The notes beneath the pieces are model-generated. The model had not been told where the DNA came from. It saw only the letters and a program-made list of their open reading frames with translations, and ran no database searches. A stretch of 64,000 bases of DNA from Prasinococcaceae sp. CCMP 1430 (taxonomy: Eukaryota > Plantae > Prasinodermophyta): NCBI GenBank assembly GCA_013416795.1, contig RQSC01000028.1, positions 153,275-217,274 on the forward strand. Direction: 5' to 3'. Within the stretch, counting starts at the first letter, position 1. The number at the start of each line of letters is the position of its first letter. Below, in pieces: positions 61,928-64,000 of the stretch. Made by a program: the position numbers and the translations under genes.

Positions 61928-62983
61928 TCAGTCGAAAGCGCCGAGCTCCCCCATCTCCGCCATGAACGCCGCCATCGGATCGTCCGTGGCTGCCTTCGCA
62001 GCAGGCGGCGCGGGAGCGGCGGCGGGCGCGGCGGCGGGCGCGGCCGCAGGGGGTGCACCAGGAGGGGGCGCCGAGGAGGGAGGCGGCGCCGCTGCCCCTT
62101 CCCTCCTCACGAGCACCGACGCCGGCACGAAGCTGCGCAACTTGGGGTCGTTCTGTGCGCGCACGACCGTGGCCTTGGACTGCACCACCGACTTGACCGG
62201 CGGTGCGCCGGCTGGTCGGGGCGGCTTCGATTGCCTTGGCTGCGCGGCGATGGCAGCCTGCGGCAACGGCATCGCGAGCATGGGCGGCGCGAACGCGCTC
62301 TGCTGCGGCGGCGGCCCGAGCGGCGGCGGTGGGCGCATCGGTGGCGGCGGCTGCGGTGGAGGCGCACCGAGCGGCGGCGGCGGCTCGTCAGGTGGCGGCA
62401 GCGGCACGCCGTCGCTGTCGCTGTCGCTGTCGCCCTCGCCGCCCACGCCCTGCCGATGGTGCGCCGGCGGTGGGGCGAAGATGTTTGGCCGCTCGGCGTC
62501 GGAAGGCGCTCCGCCCGCGGTGGGCGTGCGATACATCCAGGCTTTGCCCGGCGGCGGCGCACCCGTCGGATTCAGTTGCGGGTGGTAATAGACGGAGTCC
62601 TCCGCCCGCGGCGGCGCACTGTGTCCGATCTGCTGCTGCGCGTGCGCGTGCGGCGCGGAGCCGTACTGCGCGGGCGGTGCGCCTCCTGTTCCGCCCTCCT
62701 CTGCGTCGCCCACCTCCTTCTTGCGTTTGAGCTGCGACTGCAGCATGTCGCGCTGTTGGCGCAGCGCGTGCAGCCTCCCGACATCGCCGATCGCACCGCC
62801 TTGCTTTTGCTGCCCTGCCTCAACCTCCCTGAGCCCCGCCTCGGCGCGTCCCAGCTGCGCCTCCAGCTCGGCGACGCCCGTGTGGCGCAGCCGCTCCTCG
62901 CGCTCGCGCTGCCGCCGCTGCTTGTTCCTCTTCTGCTCGCGCTTCTTGAGCTCCTTCTGGTACTTGAGCGCCGACGACGCCAT
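61928..62983 (-). CDS. WBP11: WW-domain-binding protein 11 / ELF5-like splicing factor
   Basis: YQKELKKREQKRNKQRR (Wbp11 domain), SVYYHPQLNPTGAPPPGK, poly-Pro, FVPASVLVRR and DDPMAAFMAEMGELGA. 351 aa. Confidence 0.9.
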   Translation of the reverse strand: MASSALKYQKELKKREQKRNKQRRQREREERLRHTGVAELEAQLGRAEAGLREVEAGQQKQGGAIGDVGRLHALRQQRDMLQSQLKRKKEVGDAEEGGTGGAPPAQYGSAPHAHAQQQIGHSAPPRAEDSVYYHPQLNPTGAPPPGKAWMYRTPTAGGAPSDAERPNIFAPPPAHHRQGVGGEGDSDSDSDGVPLPPPDEPPPPLGAPPPQPPPPMRPPPPLGPPPQQSAFAPPMLAMPLPQAAIAAQPRQSKPPRPAGAPPVKSVVQSKATVVRAQNDPKLRSFVPASVLVRREGAAAPPPSSAPPPGAPPAAAPAAAPAAAPAPPAAKAATDDPMAAFMAEMGELGAFD

Positions 62984-64000
62984 CGCGGCCTGCCAGGCGC
63001 GCGCGCGCGCGCGCGTGCGCCTGGCCCCGCACGACAGAGAGAGAGAGGGAACGCGCGCGCGCACGCGCACACGCACACACACACACACAGAGGGAGGGGG
63101 CTGCGCCGGGGGCGCCGGCGCGGCGGCGCGCCCGCTGCACGCGCGCGCAGTGGCATCGTCCCGGCGGCGGCCGCAGCAAAAAACGAGCGCCCGAAACGCG
63201 CGCAGCATCCGTTCTTTCAAACGAAGCATCCATTCCTACGTCAAAAATGCGCAAAACCACGGCAATCGGATGGCGCACGCAGCACCCAGCCGACCATTAC
63301 GCATACAAACGGGAAAGTCTTTGGTTGGTGGACATCAAGTTCGGGTTACGTCGTGTGAATTTACGTACCGGGTACTGAACAATGTGCAGGTTGCAAATTC
63401 ATGTTTGGGGTCATAGGTACGTAGGGTACAGTATGATATTTCGCGCACGTGCACGTTCGATGCGGTCAAATCCTCGAGGAGCACGACCGCCGCCAAGGAG
63501 CTCGCGGCGGCGCTCTCGCCGCCCCCTGACGCTGACGACCGCCCACCTTCCAAGCCCCCCCTGGCGGAGAGGGCGCGCGTTGGCACGCGACGACGATGCG
63601 CCCGCACGGCTGTCAAAGCGTCTGCCGCCGGCGCGACCAGTTGCGGGTGTGTTCGGCAGCTCGCGGCTGACCGTCTGACGCCACATGCGTATCAGCACTG
63701 CGGGCGTACTGTACTGCAGTGCCGCTCTGCACGCGCATTCAATTGCTTGCCGTCGAGAGCGCGTACGGCAGGTTGCTCACGAGTCTGCGTATCCACGCCG
63801 GGACGAGCACGCACGAGGGCACGAATGCGCGTCTTCACACGTGTGACACGTGCGTCGTGCGGGCTCGCCGCGTGCGAGAGCGAGCCCGCACGCGCCGCAT
63901 GCGCCGCCGATGTGCATGTGGGGTGTGTGGGAGGGGGCGGGCGGCGCGCTGGCGCGGTGGCACACGCGAGCGCGATCCGCGCGTGGCGGGCGCGGGCGCG

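Noticed and set aside
63335-64000. ORFs at the right end of the window
   Set aside because: Low-complexity translations with no motif; probably promoter or UTR, or a gene continuing beyond the window.
1-64000. Operon-like or defence-island organisation, transposases, integrases
   Set aside because: Genes are functionally unrelated eukaryotic loci in mixed orientation, and no transposase, reverse transcriptase or integrase motifs were recognised.

Overview
This is eukaryotic nuclear DNA, not prokaryotic. It is very GC-rich and gene-dense (about 31 protein-coding loci in 64 kb), with short GT-AG spliceosomal introns and a recurrent GCTGAC branch-point motif. Gene content (ABC1 kinases, an OPR-RAP protein, a plastid-type SecE segment, ELF5-type WBP11, plant-type mS23, telo-boxes) points to a compact green-algal, prasinophyte-like genome; this is inference. 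Housekeeping genes include organellar uS17, transportin-1, 14-3-3, an RlmL-like rRNA methyltransferase, an SDR, a BIG-type Sec7 ARF-GEF, an arrestin-fold protein, PrpD, DNAJC17, UNC119, two ABC1 kinases, NUDT1/MTH1, mS23 and WBP11. The strongest candidate for an undescribed system is an intron-containing, bacterial-type peptidoglycan amidase (PG-binding + Amidase_3 with all Zn and catalytic residues + SPOR-like tail) at 44500-46137. Other unusual architectures are a multi-SIM/UBA-like/H-Y-I mono-ADP-ribosyltransferase, an LRR-2OG-Fe(II) dioxygenase, a tandem-BRCT/coiled-coil/PB1 scaffold, and a CFAP91-IQ reading frame that runs into a SecE-like membrane segment. All five N gaps lie between divergently oriented 5' ends, so several N-termini are missing. 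No rRNA, tRNA, CRISPR array or transposase was recognised. Domain calls come from motifs recognised by eye; no database searches were run.
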